From Paraspadella gotoi (taxonomy: Eukaryota > Animalia > Chaetognatha), in assembly GCA_051294375.1 (NCBI GenBank), contig CM119266.1, forward strand, positions 16,362,087-16,426,086: a stretch of 64,000 bases of DNA, written 5' to 3'. The translations under genes and the position numbers were made by a program. The notes below the pieces were generated by a model. The model did no database searches. It was not told the DNA's origin and was given only the letters and a program-made list of their open reading frames with translations. This document shows positions 1 to 13,357 of the stretch, piece by piece. Numbering within the stretch: the stretch's first letter is position 1; each line of letters begins with the position of its first letter.

Positions 1-2
1 TC

Positions 3-2084
3 GATACTGAAGGTCGTCAAATCAAATTGCATCTGTCTGCCGAAGAGAAGTCACGCCTGATCTGTCAACAGGCCTTGGAGAGAGCTATGGGAGGATCTGG
101 TGGGATTATTCCGGGAGCCACAGTATCAGCTGAAGGAAAATTCAAGCCACTTGTTCCGGCTTCAAAAGCCAGACGGACAACTGAAGTGAATGTGTCTAAA
201 AGCAAAGAAAAATCTGAGGCTCCACTTCTCAACAGAAATGAAGCAAATCATATGGAAGTTAAAAACGTTTCTAACGACACACTTGTAGCTAAAGCAGAAG
301 AACCCGCGGTGACAAAACCAAAACTAGCAGACGTAGGACACAAAGTGGATCAAGAAAAAGTTTCACTCTCTCCAACTAAAATGGATACAGATGCGATAAC
401 AGAGAATCAGAATGAAAAACTCGCCGTTTCTCACGAGACTGGCTCTGAAGAGTATATGTTTACTTCTTCCGAGGAACATAAACAAAAGTTTTTGAAAACT
501 TTAGAACTTGGACAAAAGAGAAAAGTTGAAACACCGGAAAAAATTATTGAGTGCAAAAAACCAAAATTAGATACAAAAGAAATAGAAACAGATGACAAAA
601 CTCCTAGTGGCAACGCTTCTACTATTTACGAAGACAAACGAACGGTGAAAGACAGGTTGATGGGTCGTGTAACAAGGAGATCCGGTGGCCTCAAAGAAGC
701 CATCGCATTTACTACTCGAGAGTTGGTAAAACTTGCATCGCAAGGTCCGGTAGAAATACGAAATCTGGTGTCTGATGGAGCAGAATCAGAGACCAACCTT
801 ATACACGGAATATTAAAAGAGCATGGAATAAGTTCCGATCTCATGACGCCCAAGAAAACACTAAGCAAAGAAGGGCAAAAAATTATGAAAGAGCGCGTCT
901 TAGCTGCCGAAGAAAATGCATGTGTTGATACAAATAATGAAAATATAGCGACAGACGAGACTTTTGACGAGGAAGATATTGAAGAGAAAGAAGAAGAAAT
1001 GCCGCAAGTCCCTAATTTCAACCCTGAGGATACCCAATGCCATCTCTGTAACAGGAAATTTAGCACGGCATGGCATGCCAAGCGGCATTTTCTATTTACT
1101 CACAAATTTAAATCCGAAGAAGATGATCAACTCGAGGACGATAAAAATGATAAAACAGATAATGAAAAATCGGTGTCAACAGTAACTGTAGTTCACGGCG
1201 AAGAGCAATGTAGACTTTGTAGTAGAACGTTTAGTTCTTTCTGGAATGCCAAAAGACATTATACACTCGTACATAAGGTGAATTTGAAAGTTGTGAGGGA
1301 TGAGATTAAATCTGAACAAAATTCTTCAGTTATGGAAACTGATGAGCCATCTTGCTCTGAAGAATCTGTCAAAACAGATTATTGTGAAACATCATTCATT
1401 GAAGAAAAGCCAAGACAGCAACCAGTGAAAACAAAGAAGATTGAGCTCTTTAATAAGTTGGAGAAAGCTCAGGAAAAACATTTAGAAAACGTTTTTAAGG
1501 ATTCTCCTGAAGAATCTGAACCCCAAGGATCAAGTGAGGAAAATTGTGAAATAGTTGAAACAAACCCTCCGACCCGTGGAAGAAGTAGATTCTCGCAATT
1601 AAAAATTGACGCGAAGCAGACACGGTCGTCATCCAGAGATTCGAGCGGATCGATAACATCTAAAATAGCTAAACCATTGAAGGGCCCTGCTACAAAACAA
1701 AAATCGGGAAAAATTGGAAGACCTAAAATGCTGTCAACTTCAAAGTGTGATACCAAAAATGAAATCACAAAGGCTGTTAGAGTAGCCAAGATAAAGAAAT
1801 CCTTAGTAACTGAAAAAGCTGTTAGGGCAGCTAAAGCAGTGCTCCAAAAAAATCTCAAAAAACCTGATAAAACCATCAAGGGCAAAAAAGCAAGCGCGAA
1901 GAAAGTGATTGTCAAGAAAAAGGCGATTAAAGCTGTGTTAAAATCGAAACACTCGCAAAAAACAATAGCGAAAAAAGGTAAAGGCAAAGAGGTCGTGATC
2001 GCCAAGCCTCGGGGTAGGCCTCCAGGAAAGAAAAATACCCCCAAGTCCAAAACTAAGGTTATGAGAGGAAGACCTAAAAAATAG
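3..2084 (+). CDS. 3' portion (large terminal exon) of a C2H2 zinc-finger / AT-hook nuclear protein; the gene starts upstream of the window
   Basis: Frame is open from position 3 to TAG at 2082-2084. Two C2H2 fingers (CHLCNRKFSTAWHAKRHFLFTH; CRLCSRTFSSFWNAKRHYTLVH) and a Lys-rich tail with AT-hook motifs (KPRGRPPGK, RGRPKK). Confidence 0.8.
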   Translation, partial: DTEGRQIKLHLSAEEKSRLICQQALERAMGGSGGIIPGATVSAEGKFKPLVPASKARRTTEVNVSKSKEKSEAPLLNRNEANHMEVKNVSNDTLVAKAEEPAVTKPKLADVGHKVDQEKVSLSPTKMDTDAITENQNEKLAVSHETGSEEYMFTSSEEHKQKFLKTLELGQKRKVETPEKIIECKKPKLDTKEIETDDKTPSGNASTIYEDKRTVKDRLMGRVTRRSGGLKEAIAFTTRELVKLASQGPVEIRNLVSDGAESETNLIHGILKEHGISSDLMTPKKTLSKEGQKIMKERVLAAEENACVDTNNENIATDETFDEEDIEEKEEEMPQVPNFNPEDTQCHLCNRKFSTAWHAKRHFLFTHKFKSEEDDQLEDDKNDKTDNEKSVSTVTVVHGEEQCRLCSRTFSSFWNAKRHYTLVHKVNLKVVRDEIKSEQNSSVMETDEPSCSEESVKTDYCETSFIEEKPRQQPVKTKKIELFNKLEKAQEKHLENVFKDSPEESEPQGSSEENCEIVETNPPTRGRSRFSQLKIDAKQTRSSSRDSSGSITSKIAKPLKGPATKQKSGKIGRPKMLSTSKCDTKNEITKAVRVAKIKKSLVTEKAVRAAKAVLQKNLKKPDKTIKGKKASAKKVIVKKKAIKAVLKSKHSQKTIAKKGKGKEVVIAKPRGRPPGKKNTPKSKTKVMRGRPKK

Positions 2085-3796
2085 TTTTCTACTCGTTATC
2101 GGTCGCTGTAGTATACTTTCCTCGTTTTGATGTAAAATATTTCTTAATTTTTATTTACTCTGAGAAAATGCGCAGTTTTATTTTAAAAGGAAAAGAAAAA
2201 AAATCGTATATATTTTAACTAAGGTATCTTTAATTGTTAAACGAGTTCAAATGTAGTTCATATTCAACGTGATAAATTTAATTGGCGGCAATTTTGTTAT
2301 TGTTGTAGTTGTTTCTTGTTGCCGATTTCAAAATGGCCTTTTAACATAATACGCTCACTAAATGGATTTAATAATTTTACGATGCACATGTGACTTTAAT
2401 GATTCGAATGTAAACTTGAACATAAGTTATTTAATTAAGTGAATTATTTTTACAATCACACATTGCACCTTATTTCATTGCTTTATACGATGAATTTTTC
2501 ATCATGCCTGGCAGAAAGAAAATAAAAAGAAATTTACTTAAATATTTGTACCATAATGTAATGTTACTCTAATGTACGTACGTATATCAATTTGTAATTG
2601 CATGTTTATATTGATTAAAACTTTTTACTATTATCTCGGCTTCTCATTTACTTAATTTAAAGACTTGCTTTTACGATTAGTGAAGCACATTCCTTTTAGG
2701 ACGTCGCAGTAGAGCTTGTAAATGTAATCATGTACGTATTGTGAGAGACTGAGAAAATCATCGGATTAGATTTTCTTCATTATGTCGCATCTGATTTTCT
2801 AATTCTAAGAGTAATATTGGTCTTTCAATACCATTATGACTAAATATTTAAATTCGATCGAAATAAATAATTTGTTTTTGATATTAAATGAAACCATGAA
2901 TGGGACTCCCATTAAATTCGAAATATAACAGAACCTAAACCTGATATATCTAAAGCAATTCCAAAACAAACGTGGATATAGGCGATATAGCCGAGGCTAT
3001 GATAACCTTTTGTTTTTCATCAGTAATCCCTTCTGATCTCAAAACACTCTATTGGGAAAATGGAGAAATCACCATTGAAGATGGACATAAGATAAGTAAA
3101 TAAGGATGCATATTTTAAAAAGTCCTTTAACATTTTTTATTATGGACATAGAACTTGTAAATAAGCTCATTGGATCGACCGACTCAAACAAACAAATTAT
3201 CGGTTTTACCAAAAAAAATTTCGTAAATAGAAAAAATAAAATATAGGATTAATACTATTGATTAATTAAATTTGAAATTTATTATTTCTAATGAATTTTA
3301 ATTTAAATCTTATTTTAAATGACAAAGTTAGTATAAAATATTTGTCATAGTAATCAGCGAGACAAAAATATTATTTCGATTATTATTATTTTTTCTTTTA
3401 GTTTTTGTTTTCAATAATTCTGCCTCAACGAAATAAAAACTTAGAATCACATGTGAAACGAAAGAAAAGGTTAAGGGTGAGGGGGTAATTATCCAATGAA
3501 GAGTTCGCTCCTCCACATCCGTTCAGTTTAATGATGATCGAGAGCGTTCGGTTTGAACGAAGGAGCCAATGAAAATCTTTCTTTCGTTTTGTTTCGTTTC
3601 GAGTCGAGGATTCTCATTCCCCCCGCCCAGTCTTCTCGTCTCGAAAAACGAACGAACCGTTACAAGAATTGAAAATTTTATTTATTTTTTTACATTTCCC
3701 CGAGAAACTAATTTTATTCCACTGTCATTCGTAGATCGAAAAAAGAAAAAAACGGTCACAGAATCGACAACGCCAAAAAAAACAAAAAAACCGGCC

Positions 3797-6538
3797 ATGT
3801 CCAACCAAGAGTTGAGTCGTGCGTGGGACGCGCAGTACGCGGTTGCTGACGACGCGTCTTGCGTCAACAGGAGGTCTTTGGACGCGACGCAGGTCCAGGA
3901 GACCGAGAGCGGGGAGGCAGCTGTGACGGAAGTGAGTCGTCATCACAACGTCCCAAGAATATCGTTGATCGTCCTCACGTTGATCGTCTATGTCGTCAGC
4001 GAGGGAGTTTTTCAGCCTAAGGAGGGTAACAAAATTGAAGATCATTGTCGAATTCTTTGAATCCACCGTACTCATTTTGATTATCGATATTAGCCCCGTC
4101 ATGGCGGAAGAGCTGCTTGAGATGATGTTTGCGTCAAAGTTTAGTGACCTTGCTAAGCTCCATTTATTCAATTGAGCAGCTACGATCTCTATTAAAGACC
4201 TTAAGTTAAAGAAATGATGACCCATCCCTTGTACTACAGGTTCCCGACTGTTTCGCCTAACTGAGGCTAAACTGTCGTCCCGGTTCGAGTCTCCGCTCGA
4301 CGCCTCATCTACTCTGGACGACATAGTGTGGCCTGTGGTCTACGTCTTTCAAGCGGCCTGGCTCCTTCTCGCTATCTACGCTGTCTTCAGGAAAACCGAG
4401 GCGGTCCAGATAAGATCGGTGAGGTTTGTAGTTGTCTTCATAAAAATTTTAAAAAAATGCTTAGAACGACACTCTTGATTTGGCTCAAGAGAGATGTTCG
4501 ATTCTGTGTATATATATTCGCGAAAACAAAGAAACATATTTTTCTGTGCCGCTGAATCATATCCTTCTTTGAAAGCAAGATTTGTCACTTTTTTTATTAG
4601 GACGGATCTCGAGTTACCATGCGAAGCTACCTCTACCTTTATCCGGACATTTTCAAGACGCACACATTTTATCTTTTTATAGTGACGCAGGTGAAGCATC
4701 AATCGGATAAGTGCTTAAGGCTAATTTTTTACGCAAAAAAGTTATTCTTTTTTTGTTTGTTTTTCGTTGCTACCTTTTCTTTTTTAAACATGCTATTTTA
4801 AGTTGGTGACAAATGCTACTTTTGAAGAGACTGTGATAATTGTCATTTGTTAGTAACAGAACCGTTCAATATAAGCAGTCCCTGAGCTTCGGATCAGGCT
4901 GTAACACCGAGTTATAGGCGGGTTAAGCGCCCCGTAACTCTTAAATGCAAGGCGACCACCGGGCTAGAACCCCGGACCTTTGGGTTGGGAGGCGAATGAC
5001 TTGCCTCCGGCACCAATGGCTGCTGATGAACGGTTGGTGGATTTTAGTCCAGCATACTTTTTAAATTTAAAAAAATTAACAAGACATTCCTTCTTCTGAA
5101 CTATTTGTTTGTAATATTTTTTTTCCAGCTGTTGATTGTCGCCTGTCGGTTCATTTACGACAACGAAATTCTCGTAGCCAAAATCGTCGCTCAAATTCTT
5201 ATTCATCTGCTACTTTTAAGTAATTTTCGCTATTTGGTCGAGATTTATTATGCTGAAATTTACTGTACATAAACAAAGTCTTTAAATGATAATTCTTAGA
5301 CCTAACTACCTACACTAGGGTCAATTATGAAGTATTATCAGATTATCATTTTAAAAAATAAAAAAGGATGTATAATACGAATAATTGAAAATTTTAAATA
5401 AAGCGATATCTTGGAGTTATGAGGTATTTTTAACGCGATATTTTCGGTATTGTTCAGTTTCTCAAAATATCTTGCAGCTGCTTCCGTCTTCGTCTGCAAA
5501 GGAGTCAAACTTTTCGTCGACGAAGGAAACGATTCTGGCGTCAGATTCGCGCCTATTCTTAAAGTAAGCCGTTCCCTCTGTAGCATCGTTAACAACAACA
5601 AATTAAAGGGAAAAAATTTGTAAAAAGTCTAGTGGTAGAAAAACCCGAATTTCATGTTTAATATTTGATTAAAAGGTATATATTTTATGGGTAAATGCCT
5701 GTCATGTTACGAAATTACCTCCTCATTAGGGGACGCGGAAATATTACGAGCTTTTCGCCCTTCGTCTGTTCTTCCTGAACGGAGTCTGCCTTTACGCCAG
5801 CTGGGCCCTCTTTCGCTCGATGATCGGTGAGTAACTGAGTATGTATGTAGAAGAAACGTGAGCGATATGATTTTCTCATTCACCCATTTACGTCTCACCC
5901 TATGAAAAACTTCAACGCCCCGCAGGTTTGTGTTCGTTCATGATTCACATCGAGTTCCTGACCGTCCAAAAAGACATCGCCTCCATTTTGTGCGTCAACT
6001 TCCTCCTGATGCATTTCGTTATCTTTGCCGTTTTAGGTAAAAAAAGGGTAGTTGGGTCGGAAATCTGGTGTAACCAAATTTCACTTCGCATTGTGCGAGT
6101 CAAAGAAAAGTAAATTGTGGACACTTAGTCGCTGTTGTACAGAAGATTTTATCATTGATGTTTGCCTTAAGTTTACAAGAAATCATTATTTATTGGTTAC
6201 GAATTATGATTCTATTTTTTATCCCTCTGGAATGTTCTTCAGACAATTTCTACTTCGATGAATACACGCGGTATATTTTCTCTCCATACATCGTTGGCAT
6301 CGTTTCCGTTGCTGGTAGGAAAGAACTGAAGAATCGGATTTTATTACGAATTGTTGTCTTTGTTAACTTGGCATTACTTTTGTTATTACGACATAAATTT
6401 TGCTTTTGCTAAGGCTCGGTCAGCAATGCCTTCAACGCCAGGGACGCGATCAAGATGGAGACAGTGATGGCGCTGGTCTTTTTCGTTGGATTCACAATGA
6501 ACAAAGTTTTCAACTTGGTCCGAAGATCCATGCGATGA
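3797..6538 (+). CDS. Multi-pass membrane protein of an uncharacterised invertebrate TspO/MBR-like family (9 exons)
   Basis: Phase-consistent GT-AG exons: 3797-4025, 4240-4418, 4601-4690, 5129-5219, 5478-5563, 5730-5826, 5926-6036, 6243-6314, 6414-6538. The spliced protein has motifs HNVPRISLIVLTLIVYVV, IVWPVVYVFQAAWLLLAI, RLFFLNGVCLYASW and DNFYFDEYTRYIFSPYIV. Family assignment is from motif recall. Confidence 0.8.
4848..5054 (-). mobile_element. Diverged solo-LTR-like (or SINE-like) element, 'family D': tRNA-like head followed by a twister-like motif, in intron 3 of the membrane-protein gene
   Basis: Sense termini TGCTGG...CTAACA. A 72-nt tRNA-Gly-like segment (4952-5023: TTCGCCTCCCAA, GGGTTCTAGCCC). 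An internal AACCGTTCA/TGAACGGTT inverted pair brackets the tRNA and ribozyme-like parts. No clear TSD. Confidence 0.5.
4875..4948 (-). ncRNA. Degenerate P5-type twister ribozyme-like motif
   Basis: Sense reads GAGT TA CGGG GCGC T TAA CCC GCC TATAAC-TCGGT-GTTACA G CCTG ATCCGAAGCT CAGG. The TCCG/CGGG pseudoknot is intact, but the catalytic G position reads T and P2 is imperfect, so it is probably inactive. Confidence 0.5.
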
Positions 6539-6661
6539 ATCGCGCGCCCATCTTTTTTACTTTTGTTACATTTTTGTCTGTACATCAAATAAAATTGCTC
6601 AATAATTTTAATTTTTATTACATCTCCCTCACTCTTCCGCTCTCTCTCCACCTACCTCCGT

Positions 6662-6794
<133 letters not shown>

Positions 6795-7760
6795 ATCTAC
6801 AATGTCTCAATGACAATGAGTCGCGGTATGTAATTGGTTCGTATTCCTGAGTGAAAGAAATGAAGACTTGAAGAGTGCGGGGTGAGAGAGAGAGAGAAAA
6901 AGAAAAAGAGAAGAGCGAGAGAGAGAGAGAAAATGAGAGTGGCGACAAGGAAAAACAATGCCTGGAATCTTTTGGGGGTCTTGAAGGAATAGATTTGAGA
7001 TCGGGAGTAAAACATCCTCAAATAAGTTAATCTCCGGCTCTGACGTCAATTGGGCCGCTGCCCGCTTCGATCGAGGAAGACCGCGCGGAAAGTCGCTTCC
7101 ATTTAATTTCGTCCAGGAAGATACAAAAACCAGTGACTTTGTAACTGTTTGTTGGTGACAATTGTGAATTATGAATCTTGATTAATTAATCATTAATGGC
7201 TCGATGGCAGCCGAGAAAAGAGTCGGCGAGAACAAGCAAGCAAGCTGTGAATTATTTCTCGAATTAAATATGTAGAAAACTTAATGAAAAAGAGCCGATA
7301 GCAAAAAGCTAGACGAAATGTAACGACGACGACGAATTCGAAAAAGCAAATTGAACTTAGGATGCGAACTCTTTTCTGGGTCCGGAAACGAAAAGATATT
7401 TTTTAAATGTTTTTAAAAGATTATAAAAAGCAAACGCTTACATTTTACAATTTTTAAATTCAGGTATAAAAATATTCCAAAAATATGTCCTGCTTGTAAT
7501 TTTACTGTCAATATGGTTTTATCTTGAGTGGCTTTGAGAACTGACAGTGATAAGATATTTTTTTTTCCTTATTTATTCGCTGTAATTCTATACTTTTCAT
7601 TCCAACTACCCATGAAGCCTGTTGAAGCCATAACAATATAAAATAAAATAATACTTATAAGGATTTTATTTTTAATTTGTTGAAATTTGAAGGGATCTTC
7701 GTTATTTCCGGCGTTCTTTTTATAAAAAGTTTCGATTTGTTCACGACTTTTGACATTTGA

Positions 7761-7805
<45 letters not shown>

Positions 7806-8673
7806 TCTCCTCGCCTCCTCTTTCTCTGTGTTTCTCTTTCTTTCTCTCACTCTAACTCTTTCTTTCGCTCTCTGTTGTCTGCCTTTATCACATCTTTATC
7901 TCATCTTTTCTACAAATGACGATTTATTATTAAGTAATGTAATAATTATAATAATAAAATTAGGTAAGATTAGCCATCCGACTGAGTATAAAGGTTCATC
8001 GTTTAATCTGTATTGAAAAGAAGAAAATATATTTTTTCGGTTGCCTACTATGCACGCAGTTCGATCCTTCAAATGCTAAGTTAATTTCTTTCACAGCCGT
8101 GCCAATAGCGCTTTACCATAATCGAAGCGATGTCACAGCCGTACTTAAAAGCCGAGGAAGGATGACGAGAGGAATCGATCCTCGATGACTTCGACGATGA
8201 TGATGATGATGATGTCGCCGGCCTTCCACAGGGTTTTCCCTCTCGTGTCCTCAACCGCCTGGTACACTTTTTCTTCGCGAGGAGGAGGAGGGAAAAGAAG
8301 AGGAGGAGAATCTCGGAAGGGGGAGTTGAGTTGAATCAGGAGTAAGCAATAAAAAGGCCAAATCTACCTACGAAAAAAAGTCGCTTCCAAGTTCCTAGAT
8401 CTTGATTGGTTTAGAGGATCATTCCCTTCCATTTCATTGGTCCTTAAAAGTTTTTTTTTTGGGGTCTTCGTCAAAGTTACAATTTACACTTTTTTGATAA
8501 GAACCGCCGAAGGGCGAAAGTGAGGAGAGGAAAAGTCGTTTTCCCTCATATTGCCGAAAATTGACAAAAAATCAAATTGGAGGGGGGGGGGAGGGAAAAT
8601 ATTTCCATTTTCTAACCATCTTCTGTTTTTATCTTTGTCTCTTTCTTTCTTAAGTTCCTTTATTTTTTTCTAG

Positions 8674-8761
<88 letters not shown>

Positions 8762-8762
8762 T
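8674..8762. repeat. (CTTT)n microsatellite
   Basis: Perfect TCTT tetranucleotide run. Confidence 0.95.
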
Positions 8763-10171
8763 TTTGTTAGTTATTTTCTTTCTTTCTTTTATTGACGTTC
8801 GGTTTTTTTAGTCTCATTCATTTCAAAAACCTCGCCCTCTTCGCGCTTCATCACCATTGCGATTTTCCCCTATCCTTTCGCCTCACATTTTTACCACCCA
8901 TCCCTCTTTCCCTTTACCATTAATGCCCCGTCTCCCCTCGTTCCAAAGCCACTTTTGGCCCCCGAATGACTCTCGTCCCAATCGGAACATCCTCTCGAAT
9001 TCGTCCCAGGATCTCGTCTAGACGTTAGCGCTCACTCTCATTCTCTCTTTCCCTTTCGCTTTCCTTCTCCCTCTCTACTTTTTCTACTGCTCTCACTTCC
9101 ATTTTTAATATCCTTCTCCCTCGGTCCCGCGTGTAGTTCTCAATCAACGATATTGTTTTCTCATTCGATGCCGAACAATCAACATCCCTTTTTCCCAAGC
9201 AAGGAGTCTTTACTGCCTGTCTCACGTTCCCACTTTGTAAAGGTCTCGCCGGAATGATCCTATGAAAACATGACCTTTAAGAATTACTGGAAAAAACTGC
9301 GAAAATACATATATTACATACATATATAATTGACTACATACCTACGGACAATCTTTTAAATTTACTTGATGTATATAAAATGACGCTTCAATCCAGCCTA
9401 TTGATACAAAAATTGCCCTCATAAAAAAATAATAAAATTTGTGGTAAAATAGGCAGATATTGAAAGTTGTAACACTAATAGTTAAAAAATTCAATGCGCT
9501 AAGTTTTAAGTAAAATCTTGGTTTTAAATTGATTTAGCTTACAAACCAAATGTGGCTTATTTTCATAAAACGCCTCATTTCATCTTAAATTCTGAATTAA
9601 GTTAGTTATTAAGTTTAAATTTAGGTTTAAGGTTAGGATTAGGGATTAGGTTAGGGATTTTATTATGGTTCATTATTAGGTTAGGGATTAGGTTAGTCAT
9701 CAATAAAAAGTAGTAAAAGTTTTAGATTTCACGTAAATCAAAACCTTATAAATTAATAATAAAATATATTGTTAATTAATATTTTTAACATAAACATAAA
9801 CATCAAAAAAATATAAAACATAAACATTTTTAAAACGAAAATTGTATTTTTATATTTGCTATTTTTTATTTCTTTTAGAATATTTTGATTTGTCAAGAAA
9901 AGTTGATAAATAAAATATATATATATATATTTCAAAATTCTTTTATTAAACAGATCATAAATGAACAAAATTAATATTTTATATTTAAAATAATATTTTA
10001 TATTATAAAATATAAAATTCTAAACTATAAAATATTAAAAATAATCAACCAATGATAAGAAATTCATATCTGTCATCAAAACTGAAAAAAAAAAAAAATT
10101 TACAATTTTATGAGGATAGTATTTAAACAAAGTTTGGAAATATTTTCGTCAACTTTTTCATTTAATAATAT

Positions 10172-10213
10172 ACGGACATGTTTCGACTCTTCATTTCGAG
10201 TCTTCATCAGCGT
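10172..10213 (-). ncRNA. Minimal hammerhead ribozyme (Penelope pLTR type)
   Basis: Sense: ACG CTGATGA A GACTC-GAAATGAA-GAGTC GAAAC AT GTC CGT. Intact core, 3-bp stem I and palindromic ACATGT stem III. Confidence 0.8.
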
Positions 10214-11539
10214 TAGTATTATATAACAATAAACCTCATATAAAAATTTAGTAAGATAAAATTAATACTTTTTTGATTTATTATTTACTGGTAGGAGGTT
10301 ATTAAAGATTGACTTATAAAATTATTATATGCAAATTTTACTATTCTGATTAAGGATTATGGTTAAGAACTACTGTTTAAAGTTAGGAGTAAGGGCTAGA
10401 GATTATTCATTAGGGTTCAGGCTCAAAGATTAAGTTAGAGATTAGAATTAGGGACAAGGTCATGGGTTTGGTAAGTGATTAAGATTAAATATTAAGTTTA
10501 ACCCTCAAAATGAAGTTCAGGGATTATGGAACCGAAATTGGGCACTTTTTGCAAAGGGAGCCTATTCGTCTTTTCGATGCTTGTCAAATCACTCATTTTC
10601 TCTCTGCCTCTCTCTAATGCCGTGGATTTACTTTGAGTCCTCAGTAAAAAAGTTTAGAGTCGAATTCCTTTTAATCCTTCTTCTACTTTTTTGTTTTGCT
10701 ATTTTTTATTTAACTTTAAAATTTTGGTTAACGGAAGTCGTAGGCATTTTTTAGATATATATGATACGTTTTCAAAATAATCATCTTTATACAAAAACTT
10801 CTTAACATCTTCTAAAATTTGTCCCTCCTTTTAGCCTGACTCTTTTTACCAATCTATCTCCCTATTTTGATTTTTAATTTTGCTTCTCATATACTACATT
10901 AGTCCCCATTATTTGTGTTTTCTATCTGCATCTTTAAATACGCATATGTTTATAATTTTATTAATAGGTTTCATTTTCTTCTTTTCTACATGTTATTTGC
11001 CATCCGTGATTAGTATTAAGCTAGCTTCCATCATTTAAGCCGCCAATATCCGGTAAATACTTGCGCCATCGCTCTTTTATTGACGCGAGGCAGCTTATTG
11101 ACGGATTTCCCAACTACTTGCTTAGTTTATATTAAACTCGTCTGATTAGATGATTGCAATTCATAGCTGAATGATTCCACAACGATATTAATTTAAACAT
11201 TTTTTTTTAAATTACAAGAGGAAAACCTTCTCAAAAAAAAAATGTCAAATTTTCTCAAACTTTTCTGCTCGAGGATTCATTCCGCCGAATTCGATTCATA
11301 ATCCCCCGGACTTTTTATTTTTAGTGATCCAAAATTTAACTTCTTTTTTCCTTTCCGTTGTCGTCATCCTCATCCTCGTTTCTTCTGTTCTTTCTATCGT
11401 CACATCCACAGTGACTGACACAAAAAAATAACGTTATTCCGGCACTCTTTTTCCAGAGCGTCCCATTACTACTCGTTTAGTCCAGAATTTAATTTTAACT
11501 TTATTATTTAACCTATGCATGTTTTTAAACTTATAAACC

Positions 11540-11720
11540 AAACCCTTACCCTAATCCTTAACCCTGAACCATAACCCTAAACCGTTATCCTTAATTTATA
11601 ACCTTAACCATTAACACTAAATGCTAGTCCTTAACCCTAATCCATAACCCTAATCAAAAACCAAGTTCCTAACCATTAACATTATCCCTAACCTAATCCC
11701 TAACCCTAACTTTTAACCTA
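11540..11720 (-). repeat. Degenerate interstitial TTAGGG-like repeat tract
   Basis: CCCTAA/CCTTAA/CCATAA variants. Similar tracts lie at about 9620-9695, 10380-10470, 19955-20045 and 42586-42690. Confidence 0.7.
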
Positions 11721-12845
11721 ATCGTTAAGTAAAAAAATTTAACTAATTCCGAATTTTCGATACAATAGTGGATTCTGGAAAAATAAGGCCAAAAAGGCAA
11801 ATTGTTCGTATTTTATAGTAACATAACATATCAGAACATATCAAAACATACAATTCTACTTCGTAGTCTTATCCCTATTAGTTTTTAAAAAAAATCATAT
11901 ATAACTTTGGTCCCCCATCAAAAAATTATCCATTCCCACCCCTTTCTGTTCAGCCTATTAGATATTATGATTTTTCATTAATGACTTTCTAACAGGAATG
12001 ATGTGTGATATCTATTAGAAAACTAGGACAGATTGTAATCTAACCTTGTGTTGTGTAGATGCTCCCTCTATATCCAGAAGACAACACTGACTTCCCATTC
12101 CCAAAATGAGTTATTAGATATAATGATAAGTAAAAAATTTTTAAGAAAGCAATATATATATATTTAAAAAATATAGATTAAAAGGTAAATCTTTCATAAA
12201 ATATAAAAATAAAAAATAGTGAAACAAGTAATTTGAAAATTTTCATAAAGTTTTTAACTTCCCGGTTTTGACCCTAATCGGCCGGAAAAAAGACAGATTG
12301 CCGAGGATGTTCTGTCATTACCCTCTTCGGGGAAAAGTCGTTTTCGATTCTTTCGTCCATAAACTTATATTTTTTTTTTTTTAATATTTTCTGCATTAAT
12401 GAGGGTCGAAAAATGGAACAAAGAGAAAGGTAAAAGGAAGGGTAATATTACTTATATTTACAAATTTAGAGCAACTTGTACTACTTAGCCTAATTGGAAC
12501 AATTTTAACCTTCTAACCTTCTAACCTTCTAACCTAGTCCTTGTAATAATGGTGGTAATGGTGGTAATATTCTTGAGAAGTATACAAAATTGGAAGAAGA
12601 AAAAAGGTTAGCAGGTTTTTTATAATATTTTTAACAGTTTTGTAATGTCCTTACAAGGATTACAGAACCCGCAGTAGTTTCTTTGGTGGCATTCTTTTTG
12701 GATGTCCCGGTATCTTCCCATCTTTCTCTCTTCTTCTCCCTCTCGTCTTCTTCAAAATGACTCATCTTTGAAACTCTTTTTTCACTCTAGTCTTTGTCCT
12801 TCGCCTAAACGACGATAGCTTCTTGTTTCTTCATATCACTGATTT

Positions 12846-12900
<55 letters not shown>

Positions 12901-13293
12901 CTCTCGCGGTCGTTCGTTTTCTTTCTGTACCTCTCTCTGTCTTTCGTTCTCGCTCTTTTTTTTCTCGTTTTCTCTCTCTGACCAAAAAAATATTAGTAGG
13001 AAATATATTTACATAAAAGAACAAATATATAAAAAAAATATTTTATCCCGGACTCGGTCGTCATAGTATCCAGTGGAGAAAAGTAAAACCACTTCATCAG
13101 GTAACTTATAAAATTGGGTTATTTAAATTGGAAATTTCCAACTTTTAGTCAGAAAATTAAGACCAAAATTTTCGACTGATATCGCGAAATACCTCGGCGA
13201 CATCGGGACAGTTAAATTGCTCCCGTTCCAAATGGCGGAAGGGCAGAGAGGGAGAGGGAAAGACCTAAAGGAAAGGAAAAGGAAAAGGAAGAA

Positions 13294-13357
<64 letters not shown>

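Noticed and set aside
3725-4324. 199-aa minus-strand ORF
   Set aside because: Antisense shadow of exons 1-2 of the plus-strand membrane-protein gene, which has phase-consistent splice sites.
4952-5023. Functional tRNA-Gly gene (likewise a tRNA-Met-like segment at 30611-30680)
   Set aside because: The anticodon stems do not pair and the acceptor or T stems are mismatched; treated as tRNA-derived promoter segments of mobile elements.
8090-8345. GC-richer island with (GAT)n that might be a coding exon
   Set aside because: No convincing open frame with compatible splice sites; it may be UTR or regulatory sequence of the downstream CUB gene, but this cannot be supported from sequence alone.
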